From contig OX597826.1 in the NCBI GenBank assembly GCA_951406725.2, forward strand, positions 33,976,001 through 34,040,000: a DNA stretch of 64,000 nucleotides. Direction: 5' to 3'. The stretch is from Octopus vulgaris (taxonomy: Eukaryota). A program made the translations under genes and the position numbers. Shown here piece after piece: positions 12,530 to 27,712 of the stretch (positions are counted from its first letter, which is position 1; each line of letters starts with the position of its first letter). The notes under the pieces were generated by a model. It searched no databases. It saw nothing but the letters and a program-made list of their open reading frames with translations, and was not told the DNA's origin.

Positions 12530-13849
12530 GCAACAGCAACAACAACAACAACGGCAACGGCAACAGGAAAGAGACAACGAACAACTATAACAAATATCAC
12601 AACGCCAGTTCAAAAAACAAGACTAGACAACAACAGCAAGCAAAAAAAAAAAACAGACGTCTATTCAAATTTTCCGGAATGGCTCTGTAACAATAGGATG
12701 ATAAGCCAGAGCTGATGAGGAAATGGATATGAGTGGAAATCAGTTGTTCGTCATATGTTTATTCATTGTTACATTTGAAAGAAATACCAGTCACGAAGGT
12801 CCGCTAGAGCAACAAAGACTAGAATAAACGGAGTTCATTTCACAATATCAGGTAGGCATACGTGTTCCATTTTAGGTAAAGAGGGAATTTTCTGTGAAGT
12901 GATCAATGTCGATATACTGGAGTGGTTAGTGTTAACTTATATTGTTAACTGACATATTTTATTGACAGTCAGGTTATCAAAACAGAATTAGTCTAAGTCT
13001 TTCTCATGACAAGTTCTGTTGATCAATTGGTTGTGGTGTCAGTTCGGGAATTTCGTTTGCTGTCATGCTTCGTTGCTCATGACATTATCTATTAGCTTTA
13101 GTTGTCTTTTCTTGTCAATAACATCTTGTCTTCCGAACTTCTTAATGATTTCAGGCACCAATTTACCGCTTACTAACCGACTGACTAGATCAAGTCAATC
13201 TGTTAATAATTATTACTTTTTTAACCCTAGTTTCCCCTGCTATACACCACAAATTATCGGTGGCCTACGACAAATCTGAAAGGACAGATTTGTGTTGACC
13301 GCATCCATGTGTTGTTTTGATCAGCTTCCAAAAATTCCGAATTGTTTGCAAAGAAAACTATTGGTGATATTTTGACTGACGTGGCAAAATACCGGTTACT
13401 GTTTTTAATTATACGTGTTTGGAAACCAAGCATTTCCAGTTCCACATTATTGTAGAGGTCTGCTATATTTCTTTTTTTTCCGGCAAGAAACTGGATTAGA
13501 AAATTAATTAAGTGGTTATAATAAAGGCGCAATAATTAATAACAAGTGGTAGATCTTACTGAAAAGGAAAAATAGTGTAAAAATCTGTCGGTTTTGCTAA
13601 AAAATATAGAAAATGATTGATTGCAAGAGGAACTCGTCAAGTAATTAGAAATAAACAAAAAAACAACAAAAACATTGCTTGGGCGTTCTTGTCTGGAGAA
13701 TGGTTTTAGAGTATTTTAGAGAATTTTAGAGTATTACTCTCTGCTCTCAGTTTTAGGTTGAGTCCGTCTAAAGACTCATAGACATAACAAACGATATAAC
13801 AGAAATCTATGAATCCCTCCTCAAGACAAGAATGGACAGACTTCAGATG

Positions 13850-14600
13850 TTGGCAATGCCAGAAGCCAACATGGCAGTAATGTTATTCATGAATGCAAAT
13901 ATGGCCTCCTTCGAGCAAAAAGGCCCTTCAGCATCTACCTTCACAGCCAGTCGCTCTTTTGTCAAACCGTGCGGAACGAGAATAGAGTAAAACACATGCC
14001 ATTTGCAGTTCCCAGGATTCTGTTAATTATTTATTGTCTAAGATGAATATACATATTTTGAATTTGTGGTTGTTTGTAAGAAACTCCCTGAAACTTAGAC
14101 GACATGCATTATTCCAGTTAGCTGATATAAAGTCAAGCTAGTACGATCTGTACAATCTGCTCCGGTCTCTCCAACTTCACATAGGTGCAGTCACGAAATC
14201 TGGTTGAATGGTCCCAAGTGAACAAGGACAAACTCTGAATATGTTTGAGGAATTTTTACATCCCACCCTGTGTGTGTCTGAGACGCCATTCTTGTCGCCT
14301 AGGTAACATCCGTGTGTGAGATGTTTATAGAAAAGCTTCGTTAAGTCCGGCCTGTTAGCTTCTGTCAAGTAAAACCACTGGCAGTCAGAAAGAACCATTA
14401 CTTTCACCGCTTCTCACCTTTAGGATCGTAGACCCGCTATCCATTCCTACCACTCGATCTGGTCTGACAGTGGTAAAGAATGGATGTTGGCAAGAAGAAG
14501 AGTAAGTGAGTGTGTCTCGGAAGTTTTGGATTCATTGGTGGCCACCACTTTGGGGATCTGGGACTTCAGGACTGTTTATCCCAAGAATGTCTGAAGTGCT
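13850..14600 (-). mobile_element. Decayed L1/Tx1-like LINE, AP-endonuclease region
   Basis: Minus-strand fragments VVATNESK (cf. D.I..QETK), RPD...F.KHL, LGDKNGVSDTHRVG (cf. LGDFN.VLD..DR) and an SRLD-like remnant occur in the expected order, with many stops. Confidence 0.4.
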
Positions 14601-16934
14601 CCAAAACATTTCATCTCTTGTTAAATAGGAATCTTTACAAGAGTTCTTTACCAGCATTAACGTGAGTCGACGAGATATCTGGTGGTAGAGCTTTCCTTTC
14701 AGGCAAGTCCCTCACAAACCTTTTTTAAAATACTTCTTGAATAGTCAGGTGAAGGTGAAAAGAGTGTCTCTCTCTCCTCCTATATGCTGTTATTATCTGC
14801 CCTATGTCCAAAGAGCTACACTGCTTATTTCTGCATATTATACTGTTAAGGTGCTAACGTCATGGTTATAGGGTCGTGGGTTGATTAAAGTATATTGTTT
14901 TATGTTGCTTCAGTTTACTCAGCTGTAAAAGAGTTCCAGCTGATGGTTGGTGGGGCTTCCTCTCCCTCCAGTCGCCACATACTGGATGTTCCACTGTATC
15001 ATGGTTTGGAGAGTAGCGATGGCAATTCTGTCTGCTTGGAACTAAATGGGTACCTAAAATCAATTAGTGAATGCATGGTGTATGCTTCCAGGTCATGCTC
15101 AGTTGCGAGTATAAGTTACATTTCTTTGCTTTCGAGTTAAAATATGATGTATGATTAGTGTTCCCTACTGCACATTGCACAATACAACACTGTATGTTGT
15201 AGTATGTAGCATGAGCAGTTATCTGAACTGTGCCCACAAAATATTGCATATTGTAGTGTGCAGTACGGTCACAGTTCCATATGGTATGGTGGCTGGTGAC
15301 AAGAAGGACATCCAAGCAATAAAATTGTGCCAAAATAAAATGTCGCATATGTGTGAGTTTTGGTTCTATAGGTGTCAGCTGAACTTTAGAACCGTTGAGA
15401 GTTGATGAAATATTCTTCAGTATTGAGATCGAGTCAATCAACTTTATTCCACTGTACCATTTCTTGAATATATCATTCTTGAATGTTTCCTGAGCCCGTT
15501 TCAACGAGGGAGGCCATATCAGCGGTGGGTGGAGAATATAAAGCAGCGGGTGAGAATAAATCTTTTACACCACCTTCTGAGAACCACTCAAAAGCATTGA
15601 CAGTGACGTGGAGTTTCAAAGGAAGTCATCAGGAGTCCTTCATTGAACTGATGGTTCAAAGAGTAAAACAATTTCATGGAACTGTGCCAAACGATTATTA
15701 TTAATATCAGTCCAGCCTTAAAGTCGAAAGTGATAATATAATTATATATTTCAAATATTTTTCCTTATAAGGTTGATTACTTGCTGTTGAATATTTCAGA
15801 AAAAAATTGTTATAAATACTCGAAAGGTTATAATTAAGGAAATTTCAATATACGAAACCTTTAATTACCAATTATATTTAATTATATTAATTTTCATTTT
15901 GAAAACTTATGTATTGCTGAATAAAGATTAAATGCTTAGAAGTGAATCAGGATACAAGCATAAATGAAAAACATACGAAACTGTTTTTATTGGAACCTCT
16001 TCTGTCTGCACCAACACGTAATTTAAATACATAAACATTTAATTAGATGTAATTATGAATAATTTTTCATATAAGACTCGTAGATTAATTCTTAAAGTAC
16101 TGTAAGTATTACACAAGCGGTACATTGGATGAAGGCAATATAGTTGAATGGTTAGAATGGTTCAATTTTACTGTGCTTAGCCACTTGCACACCAATTTCT
16201 CATGCAGACTGTTCCGTTGATCCGATCAACTGGAATCCACGTCATTGTAAGCGACGGACTGTACGTTATAACCTCACAGTCATATGGTGTCCCTCTCCCT
16301 CAGAATTTACGGGTGTAGAATTATGCCAAAAACAGAATATATAATAGATACAAGCCTAATTCTACTTACTACACGAAAATATGTATTTTTGATACATAAC
16401 TTTTGTTACCTTAATCCTATTTATTAAGCAGCATCTTGCATCTCTGGGTAACCAAAAATTCCTTGTGGTGTGGGTTTTGTTCATATATTAATATAGGTTT
16501 TGCACACAAAATTAAAATAATCTATTCCGATAAAACAATGATATTATATGTAGTAATATCTTTCGGATAATTTTTTAATAGAATATTCCATCAATGTTAT
16601 CACAATGTTAGCCATAAGTCTTTCAACTAAGAGAACTAAAATAATGGTTAAAAGAAATAATAATAAAAGTCGGGAGAAAGAATGACAACAAAGAATATAT
16701 ATGAAAATAAATAGAAAATAAAGAATACAATATAAAAATATGATATAATAAAAACAACAAGTGTATAAAAATGGATTACAAAACATTAGAAGCTATTCTG
16801 CGATATACGGATCAGCAGTGGACTCAGGTGTTATGAATATGTTTTAACTGTATTTTCCCAACTAGATGCAAATGCTTGTGTACCGAGACACACCCAAAAT
16901 AAACACCTGTGCTTCTGTGTGTGTAGATATGTGA

Positions 16935-18460
<1,526 letters not shown>

Positions 18461-18712
18461 GTATGTGTGATTGTGTGTGTTTGTGTCTATGTGTGATTGC
18501 GCACGCACACGTGTGTGTGTATGCAACGTGTCTGAAATTGTTAAGAGGAAATTGTACTCGGTATTCAAGTACAATATCATTATTTATTATAATGCTGAAG
18601 ATAATCTCTGGTGGTACTCTGAGTGTCCGACTTTCACAATGACTGTGTTGATTGATGAGCGAAGTAACGCTGACTCGGAGCTACAACAGAGATTAATATC
18701 GGTTAAGTGCTG

Positions 18713-18773
<61 letters not shown>

Positions 18774-18815
18774 GTGTGTGCTTGTGTATGTACACACACA
18801 CACAACACATTCATG

Positions 18816-18852
<37 letters not shown>

Positions 18853-18908
18853 ATGTATTTAGGTACATATAGATAGAGCAATTGCATAGATACAAATAAA
18901 GGTAAAAG

Positions 18909-18984
<76 letters not shown>

Positions 18985-19199
18985 TAGATAGATAGATAGA
19001 TAGGTAAAGTTATTTATATGCACTAACCATTTTGTTTTTAGTCTGCAAATGAGATCTTAGAGATATTCCGTTTATTTGTTTTTTTTTCTTCCCACTTTCC
19101 CTGCATGTATCTAAATAAAATTGGCAGAAGTGATCAAAAATAGTTATGTATTCAGGATTGTACACGAAGGAAAAAATTTAATAAACTTACACATCGTGT

Positions 19200-19900
19200 C
19201 TTTTATACCTCTTGCACACTACGTGTTGACTTACTACTGCTGTTTGTAGCTGATACTTCTTCTAAACCATTCTTCATATGAATGAACTTCATTGGTTTTG
19301 ATACTGTTTCTCTTTTTCACCGAAATATTCCGTATATAGTCGCTGGAATTACTTTATATTTGTTTTCGACTTCTTCCTATTGTTTTGTTCTTTGTGTAAA
19401 TGTATTGATTTTTCGTAATATCTTCTGTAGCGTTTCTCCATGTAAAACCCCAACATTTTCTGTTGTCTTTTGAAATATTTATTCTCCTTTGATATAAAGC
19501 AGAATATAGAGACAGTACTTGGGTGTGAAAACAAAAAAAAGGAAAAATGGTAAGACAGTTCTTTATTAATGAAGCTGAAGCTGAATTGAGATATTCTTTT
19601 GGTACCCGTGGAAATTCCACATTTCATAAAAGATACTCTTATTTCTCTTTTTTGATACCTGAATTTATAGATCTCCGTTACATCGATTCATCATGTCGAA
19701 AATTTCAAATATGTCTTCGTTTTTCTCCATAGTTAAGCCTGTTAAGAGCGTAACGCTTGTACTTGTTTCCTTATGCTATAATTTTCTGTTGTCTTCGATT
19801 TTATTCTCATAGGTAAGGTTGTTTAGAGCAAAGTAATGTTGAACATTTTGATTACGTTTTCAGTTTTATTCCATAATTCTCGTTTTATTCCAAATGTTTC
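19200..19900 (-). mobile_element. Decayed Penelope-like reverse transcriptase, C-terminal/thumb region
   Basis: Fragments KEYLNSAS...KNCLTIFPF and ISKENKYFKRQQKMLGFYMEKRY resemble the PLE pattern YLN..S.HP..C...IPF...IS.E...R..EM..F...R.Y. Frameshifted. Confidence 0.4.
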
Positions 19901-20108
19901 AGTCTGTGTGTATTACCTGTGAAAATATAGATCTCAAGCGTGTCTGTATGAACGTTTCTATGTATGAACGTTTCATTTTTCAGTTTTATTTCAAGACTTC
20001 TTGCCAATAGAGAAAATGCCAGTTTCTAACCTAGATCCAAGGATCCTTCATTGGAATTTCGACAAAATCAACAGGGTAATTTTGTGTGTATGTATGTATG
20101 TATGTATG

Positions 20109-20150
<42 letters not shown>

Positions 20151-20231
20151 ATTGAGGTAATCAGATCAGATGGTTCATATTTGTAGATATTTATTTATAT
20201 ATTACATTTTTTTACATATATATCATATCAT

Positions 20232-20277
<46 letters not shown>

Positions 20278-20534
20278 TATTTGTATGTTTTGTTTTGTAC
20301 ATGTCTTCTCATGCATATACTTGCATATCTAGATATGCCTAAAAATACTTAAATGATAAACCTTCGGCAAGTCTAACAGATTTTTACAGTTCCAGTGATG
20401 GCAGGGATCTGTAGTCTTATGTATTATGTATGTATGTATGTATGTATGTATGTATGTATGTATGTATGTATGTATGTATGTATGTATGTATGCATGTATG
20501 TATGAATGTGACTCCATATACAAACGTAAGAGTT

Positions 20535-21812
20535 CAGATAAAGTTTTTACAAAAGTAACAAGATTGTTGCTTTACTTCCGAATTAATCTGACGTTCCTCC
20601 ATCTATATAGCCGTCGCGCTTCTTGACATGTGGTTCTTAACACATTTTTCTTCCTCTGAACTTGTTCTGAAATGCATGGTTTTTCGAGCAGAACATAGTC
20701 ACAACACGCTTTTTGTAGTTTTCGAAGAGAACGTATCGTTAACTGTGTACTATTCCATAACATAACATATTGTCATTTAGCGCCATAAGGAACCTCACCA
20801 AAAAGTCCTCAAGACCCAAATCCGTGGAGCAGGGTAATTGGAAATCGTTTTATGTTTTGTCAAAAGTTAAGAGATGAGTGACTCGTGAGCAATTGCATTG
20901 CCCGATTTTGTTTATCCATCCCTCAAGCCTCGTTCTTCACAATCTTCTCTCAACCTCTTCAGGACATTCAAATAACACTTTTTGTTGATCGCCTGATCTT
21001 ATGAAACGAACCAACGATGAAGAACGCTATTCTAATAAAGAAAAGGTATATAAAACCAATGCCACATCTGAATGCACTTTCCATGCATGTTTCTTTTTCT
21101 GCTGTAGGGGCTATGATCCATCTCTTCACAAAAATAGTCTTTTTGCTTTGGCTTCGTAGATGTAAATCATCAACGTTCTCATCAGGATACGAATGACCAA
21201 ACATCTTTTGACTGACTGTGAATAAATATTTTCTATTTTTGTTATTTTTTCCTGTCAACGACACGAAACAAATTTGTCAGCAACATCTTTTAATTTTGCG
21301 TCAAGATCCTATGGCTTGAACCGCTTCAGCTGCCAATTTTTTGAGAAATTACATAGAGATTCAGGCGACGAATTTCACAGATCACAATTCGCACTTTCTC
21401 ACAGCACTCATCATCCATTACCATAAAGTGTCGTCCTGATTTAGAATCGTTTTCAGTAGATGTTCTTTTAGATTTCAAAAGCTGGTACCGCTTGCAATGA
21501 TTTATATACTCTCAAACCCTTTACACAAGTTGCAACATTAGATATATTTTTCCCAATTTAAAACAGAGTTTTACACAAACATGATACTTTTTCCAAATTC
21601 CTCACTACTCAGCTTTCGTCAAGTCGCCAAGGTTATTAAACATACATTCCCTATCGGTTGTTTAGATTTATAATAAACAGACGTGACCTGATGCATCTGT
21701 TATTGAAGTGAAAGTCATTGTCACTCATACAGAATATTGCTGTCAAAAGCACGCTTCTCCGACAGGTTGGCGCTGTTTTATTAGTTCTCTGTCTTTTTGG
21801 ACAGACTGCGTA
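20535..21812 (-). mobile_element. Decayed mariner-family DNA transposon
   Basis: Minus-strand fragments DE..YIYEAKAK, DQAINKKCYLNVLKRL, NAIAHESL, LTKHK and CSTDLGLEDF (cf. YSPDLAP.DF) are in order. TIR-like end TACGCAGTCTGTCCAAAAAG at ~21793-21812. The ~1.3 kb length fits mariner. Confidence 0.75.
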
Positions 21813-22006
21813 TACTGTAGAATTGGATATTCTATAATTATTATATCTTTATCTTATTTACTGACATTAGAAGTATTATAACATTCCGACTATGCAGAAC
21901 TACTTTAGTACTAAGCGCATGCGTACTTTGCACATCTAAAATGACTTTTGGAATGACATTTCTGGTCGTTGATTTCTGAAGTGCACAATACGTATATTGC
22001 TGGATA

Positions 22007-22660
22007 TTGGACTCTTCGAAATTACGTATTACAACAATTTTCACACTTCAGAAGTTACAACAATCAACTCTGCCATCAATAAGAATCAAACCCTCGACGT
22101 CAAACGATAATTCAACAGAGACCTTTGATAAATTTATTATCTCGATTCAAAGCTATCTTAGACGTATGAAACTAGATGAGTCTGATGAAAAGGATTTATT
22201 TCTATTAAGTCTAGGAGTTACAGCAGCTAATTCACACGATGAAATAGAGTGGACTGAAATTACAAAAGACATGGGGGAAAATGACATTACATACTATTCA
22301 AGAACAAAACATCCATTCCATTTAAATATACTAGCTCTAAAATATATGCTTAATCGACAAATAAGACTATATTCGATGACAGAACAGCCTGAACAACTTA
22401 AAAACCTTGTCTTTAAATTCCCTCTCAATTGTAGAAGATGTTATCGGTGATACTTTTCATCAAGGACTACTATTGAAAAGGTTGCAAGACGCAACGAAAA
22501 TTTTAGGAAAATAAAATAAAATAATAAAATAAGTGGAAATTTTACCTGTGAGTGTGTTAAATTGTGAGGCACAAAAAGAACATGACTCTCCCCAGACACA
22601 GCAGAATATGCTTCAACATACGAACTCATGTAAAGAATCTTGCAAACCAAATCCAAACTA
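22007..22660 (+). mobile_element. Decayed Gypsy-like LTR retrotransposon gag fragment
   Basis: The 147-aa non-repetitive ORF has FDKFIISIQSYL...DEKDLFLLSLG..A (capsid-like). It continues out of frame as SIVEDVIGDTFHQGL and a Cys/His remnant near 22550-22610. Confidence 0.4.
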
Positions 22661-23184
22661 AATATAGAAACTTATCAAAAGTGTTATTGCCATACCATTC
22701 CTTGTCTTATAATGCTGAGAAAATCCTAACGTTGCAAAATATCGTGTTTAAGTTCCAGGTGAAAGTGCCCACCATTAGGGTTATGGTCAGGAAGTATTAC
22801 TACGACTTGAGCATAATCTTCACGTTGTTGCTGTCGGGAAATAAACTTCGACTAAAGATATAATTTATTTTGGTGTTGATTAAAAGATTAAAAGCGTTAC
22901 GTAACCGTAAAGTGTATCCTGTAGTTAATAAACATGTTTTAGCTGCAAAGGTGGTACGGAAACGGTTTACAAAATTACGTACAAAACAAAAAGACTCAGT
23001 TGCAAAAAATTAATTTAAAAAAAATTAAATTAAAAAAGAAACAAATAAATAAACCTTTGGATGCTTAAGCGGAAATTTATTTTTGGCTGAGTAAATGATT
23101 GTAATGAATAGCGGTTTATCGACTGTGGCAGAGAATTGTCTCTGAGCTTGGAAAATATTGCAAAAAAAAAAAAAAAGGTTTGGT

Positions 23185-23310
23185 ATTTCGGCGTCGAAAA
23201 AGAATCGGACGAAATGCATTGAGGTGTTGTATTTTGGCTCCGTGCATTCTGAGTTCAAATCACACTGAGTTCAACTTTGATTTCCATGTTTATATGGTCG
23301 ACAAATAAAG
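23185..23310 (+). mobile_element. SINE family A, diverged fragment
   Basis: GGACGAAATGC...CATTCTGAGTTCAAATC...GAGTTCAACTTTG...GGTCGACAAATAAAGTA. Confidence 0.6.
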
Positions 23311-24129
23311 TATAATTCTGTGGCGGTGGGTAGGAAGACAGAATACCTTGCAGTGTTTGTTCCAGATCTTTATGTTTTTTGTTTCAAATCCCACCGTGGC
23401 ATATCTAGCCCCTATTACCTTGGCTGACTTTAGCACTGAGACCAGTCTTGATTTCTCCCTTCTTCAGTCTGGAAGATTCTAAAATTGATTTTAGCTTCTG
23501 CCCTTCCTCACAATTAAGAAATATGAAGTTCTACTCCAAGATCTTTTGGAGACCTTCAAAAGGTTTTGGAGTAGGACTTCAAGAGAACAGTTCTTCATAG
23601 AAACAAATTTAATCGTAAAATAAATATTCCGAATTTGAAATCAACAATGTCAGATTAATAGCCGAAGTTCCGGTTTCCTGTGGAATATCTGATTCTGCCA
23701 CTGAGAGAATTACATTATCATTATAAATTTGGTAACTTTAGTTTGAATTTAAAATCAGACTTATATCTTTGACAGATCTTGGTTTGTGTTGTTCCAAAGA
23801 TTTTAACGTCTGTGGAAACGCTGTTGAGATCGCCCCTGGTTCTATGATACACAGCCACCCATTTTAAAAGTGTTTCCATTTCTAAATCTTTTTGCTTACT
23901 TTTGTTCCAAGTACCAATTTAATGATTAATAAGTTATTTTGCTAAATTCTTCGGAATTCTTTATTAATTTCGAAATTGATTGAAGTGTATACATACATGT
24001 ATTTCATAATAATTATGGAAACAAAAGAGTTACAGAATTTCTCAGTACGAGCCAGCATGACAAGACGAGACATTCGAATTACAAGGACAATCCGAAAGAT
24101 GAAGAAAGGGAGAATCAGATCCCCAGATG

Positions 24130-24286
24130 GAGTGGTGCTGTATTTATCAATCCATTAAAATCCATTAAAAGTTTAAAATCAAAGTCAACCTGTGTGTGGT
24201 TTGAACTCAGCACACCGAAAGAAGAATGAATGCGATAAGTCTATCTTATCTGACGCTCTAACACTTCTGCCAATTCGCAGCCTTAA
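24130..24286 (-). mobile_element. SINE family A, diverged fragment
   Basis: AAAGTCAACC...TTTGAACTCAG...GACGCTCTAAC..TTCTGCCAATTCGCAGCCTT. Confidence 0.6.
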
Positions 24287-24591
24287 CCGCCCTACCCACC
24301 ACCTGCTAGAGCTATTATTGTGTAGATAACTGTTTCATTATAAGTTCAATGAAGATATGTAAACTCACTACAGGAACTGAATCATTAATCTACTTCTCTC
24401 TTTCTCTCTCTCGCTCCCTCTCTTTGTCTCTCCGTTTTGTTGTCTGTCGTGTGTGTTGCTCGATTATAGACGTCTTATTTCATGCTCGACTGATTAGCTT
24501 CAAGTTTAATGGGCATTAGAGCATTGAACACTGAAATAAAACAACACCGATCACACCAGAAACAGTACTACATGTTGCTCCCACTTATACA

Positions 24592-24645
<54 letters not shown>

Positions 24646-24967
24646 AAACATACACACACACTTTTAGAAATACAACGCACACTCACGTACATAGATGCGT
24701 GTACTCACGCACCCAAACATATTCGCAAATAAATGCAAGAATTCTTGTACAATTCCTAACGATCATCAACTTCATTTCCCTTACAATCATTACTGTCCCC
24801 ATCACCTTTATCATTAAAATCATCATCATCATCATCATCTCCAAGACCATCAACACCACTATTATTACCACCTCAAGCGTCACCGTAAGTATCACCACGA
24901 TTTAAATTTCCTCATTACGTCAACATCGTCGTCGTCGTCGTCATCATCGTCCTCCTCCTCCTCCTCC

Positions 24968-25019
<52 letters not shown>

Positions 25020-26059
25020 AATCATTCGCATCATACTAAATGACCAAAATTCTTGGCGATGCCAAAAACTTGTACTTGCTGACCCCAAACTAAGAAGCCC
25101 GTATTGATTGGATGTTGGTCAGTGATGTGATTGTGCGTATTTTTGAGAATATGAATGTGTGTGCGTGCGTGTGCGCGTGTGTGTGTGTGTGTCTATGTGT
25201 GTATATATGTGTGTGTGTGTGTTAACACGTACACATATCTATATATATTTGTAGACATGTTTTGGTGCATATGTGTGTGTTTATGGATATGTGAGTGTGT
25301 GTGTGTGTCAGTGTCCGACTGTATGAGTGCATGTACGAGTGTACGTGCATCTGTCTATGTGTCCGACTGTATGTGTACATACAGAGACATGTTTGTGTGC
25401 GATGAAGTGTATTTATATGTGTATGAATGTGAGAGTCTATGTGGTTGGTTTCGATAGCGAATTTGTTATCGAATGTGGACACCTTTTTGCTTTCACTTTC
25501 TATTTCCTCTTCAACTGTGGTATATTCCTGATATGGGGTCGTTTGATATCAAAGATAAACACCAGCATAGTAAACCAAGGCTCCACCACCAACAAACGAC
25601 ACCAAGAACACTTCAACAGAATATGGCCATGGGCCCATGAGCGACCTTAATAGTACCACTGCTTTCACATATTTTACTCCTTTAGTGAGCTCCCGGAAGC
25701 GATAATGCCTGGCATGGAGACATCCGATGGCTTACTCCCTCCGATTTCGTATCAGTTTTGGCATGTTTGCTGTGTTCGAGAAACGAACGACAGGGTGGTA
25801 AATTTGGGTGCCTTTTATACCAAATGAGTTTTGCACGTGCATCATGCTTTTCATAAAGATGCGTTCATGAGCATTACCATATTTGCGAAAAGTGAGCGAG
25901 TTCGAACCCTGCATACAATCCTTGTGTTTTCCAAAGAGAGTGGCGTTGTGGGACAGTGACATCTTCTTGATGTCAAATTACCTAGAAATGTGATAAAATT
26001 CATATGATCTAAATAACGCGTATGAAACAAACAATCTTTTACTGTGCAACGTCTTCGAA

Positions 26060-26228
26060 ACACGCATTGAGACGAAACAGGGGCAGCTGAAGAAGGGGAA
26101 TATTCCTTGTATTGTTTGTTTTGTACTCTGTTTTTGTTGTTGTTAAAAAAAGTCCGTTTCCTTGTTTGATTTTATGTTTACGTTTCTCGTTGTGATCTAC
26201 GTTTATTTGTGGTGTCCTGTACTCATAT
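26060..26228 (+). mobile_element. Half copy of a foldback-type repeat family (also 43585-43730 and 50226-50526)
   Basis: Shared motifs AAACAGGGG..AG.TGA.GAAGGG(G)AAT.TTC, CGTTTCTC.TT.TG..T.ACG and TGTCC.GTAC.CATATA at all three loci. Confidence 0.7.
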
Positions 26229-27323
26229 ATGACGGGAGGCTTTATGAAAATAAACAAAAGACGAAGGCAGGTGGAAAACAAACGAACAATTGTATTAGTA
26301 TGGCGCTCAGGAAATATAAATAAAACAAGTCTTTAACGTTTCGAGCCTACGCTCTTCAACAGAAAGATACACAGAGAGAGAAAAACACAGAAAGAAGGAG
26401 AGAAAAAAATGCGTGCAGTAGCTAACGAATCAACATGGCGATCTGATTTCGGCCAGAGGTCAAAGATCAAACATGAGACGCGAGAGCGAAATAAGGGGAG
26501 ATAATAGGGTTGATAAAAGGGTTGAGGGACCAGCTAAAAGTGCGTGGGAGGGGTCTGGATGTGTGTATGTATAGGGTTGGTGTATGTATTAGTATGTATA
26601 AGGGTGTGTGTGTGTGTGTGTGTGTGTATGAGAGAGTATTAGTGCGTAAGATTGGTCTGGACGTGCGTATGTATGGGGTTGGTGTATGTATTAGTATGTA
26701 TTAGTATGTATTAGTACGTATTGGTATGTATAGGTGTCTGTGTGTGTGTGAGAGAGAGTATATAAGTGCGTATGCGGGTCTGGACGTGTGTATGTATAGG
26801 GTTGGTGTAAGTATTAGTATGTACTAGTATGTATTAGTACGTATTAGTATGTATTAGTTGGTGTGTGTATTAGTATGGCACATCATATGTGATGTGATGT
26901 GTAAAGTCATGTGGTGTAGTGAGGAGAAGAGGGGGAGGGGGAGAAGAGGGGGAGATAATGGGAGGGGAAGAAGAGGGGGAGGAGAAGGGGGAGAGGAGAG
27001 GATGGGGAAAAGGAAGGGGATGAGGGGGATGAAGGAGGAAAGAGGGAGAGGGGGAGAGAGAAGGGGAGAGAGGGAGTGAGGGAGCAGAGGGAAGGGGAAG
27101 AGGGAGGGAGAAAGAGGGAAGAAGGGAAGGGGAGTAGGGGTGAAAGGATGAAGGACTGAAGAAGTAGGGGTCGGGGGGAGAAAGGATAGGTGAGGAGGGG
27201 GGAGAGGGGGATTAGATGAGGAGGGGGGAGAGTTGAGACCAAATGGCGTATAAGAGCGAAGAGAGAAGATTAATTCCTGTTCACGGCGCAAACGGGAATC
27301 CGGATGGCCTCTGTGTAAGGACA
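26229..27323 (-). mobile_element. Penelope-like element 3' part: GIY-YIG C-terminus, pyrimidine tract, internal repeats, hammerhead
   Basis: 27323-27231 reads MSLHRGHPDSRLRREQELIFSLRSYTPFGLN, the typical GIY-YIG end R..RE..LI..L.S..P.GLN. A C/T tract, three ~47-bp repeats (26552, 26654, 26778) and a co-oriented hammerhead motif follow. Confidence 0.8.
26330..26367 (-). ncRNA. Minimal type-I hammerhead ribozyme
   Basis: Minus strand: TCTTT-CTGTTGA-A-GAGC-GTAG-GCTC-GAAA-CG-TT-AAAGA. It has a 5-bp stem I, 4-bp stem II and palindromic ACGT stem III. Core A6 is replaced by U. Confidence 0.7.
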
Positions 27324-27417
27324 TACATATAGATGTAGGTATGTACATATATGTATGTATGTATGCATATGTTTTATTTATTACATTGTTATTATATATA
27401 TATATATATATATATAT

Positions 27418-27581
27418 GACGTCCTTCTTTCAGTTTCCGTCTACCAAATCCACTCACAAGGGTTTTTGGTCGACCCGAGCTTATAGCAGAAGCCACTTGC
27501 CCAAGGTAACACGCAATGGGTCCGAACGCGGAAACATGTGGTTGGGAAGCAAGCTTCTTACTACACCGCTACGCCTTCACC

Positions 27582-27582
<1 letters not shown>
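27418..27582 (-). mobile_element. SINE family B, 5' half
   Basis: CTTCTTTCAGTTTCCGTCTACCAAATCCACTCACAAGG...CACTTGCCCAAGGT...CATGTGGTTGGGAAGCAAGCTTCTTAC. Confidence 0.85.
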
Positions 27583-27615
<33 letters not shown>

Positions 27616-27681
27616 TGTATGTATGTATGTATGTATGTATGTATGTATGTGTGTGTGTATGTATGTATGTATGTGTGTATG

Positions 27682-27712
<31 letters not shown>

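Noticed and set aside
12346-12690. 114-aa Asn-rich ORF
   Set aside because: Low complexity from (CAA)n with a GTG start and no domain; not supportable as a CDS.
13703-13734. GTTTTAGAG resembling a type II CRISPR repeat start
   Set aside because: It is a 10-bp unit repeated three times, with no spacers.
26073-26110. GAAAC...CTGAAGA as a permuted (type II) hammerhead
   Set aside because: There is no UH cleavage site or stem I/III between the motifs, and the sister copies do not keep CTGANGA.
26438-26470. Second hammerhead in the PLE tail (GATCT...GAAATC-AGATC on the minus strand)
   Set aside because: The core reads TTGACCT and there is no stem III; it is only a short hairpin.
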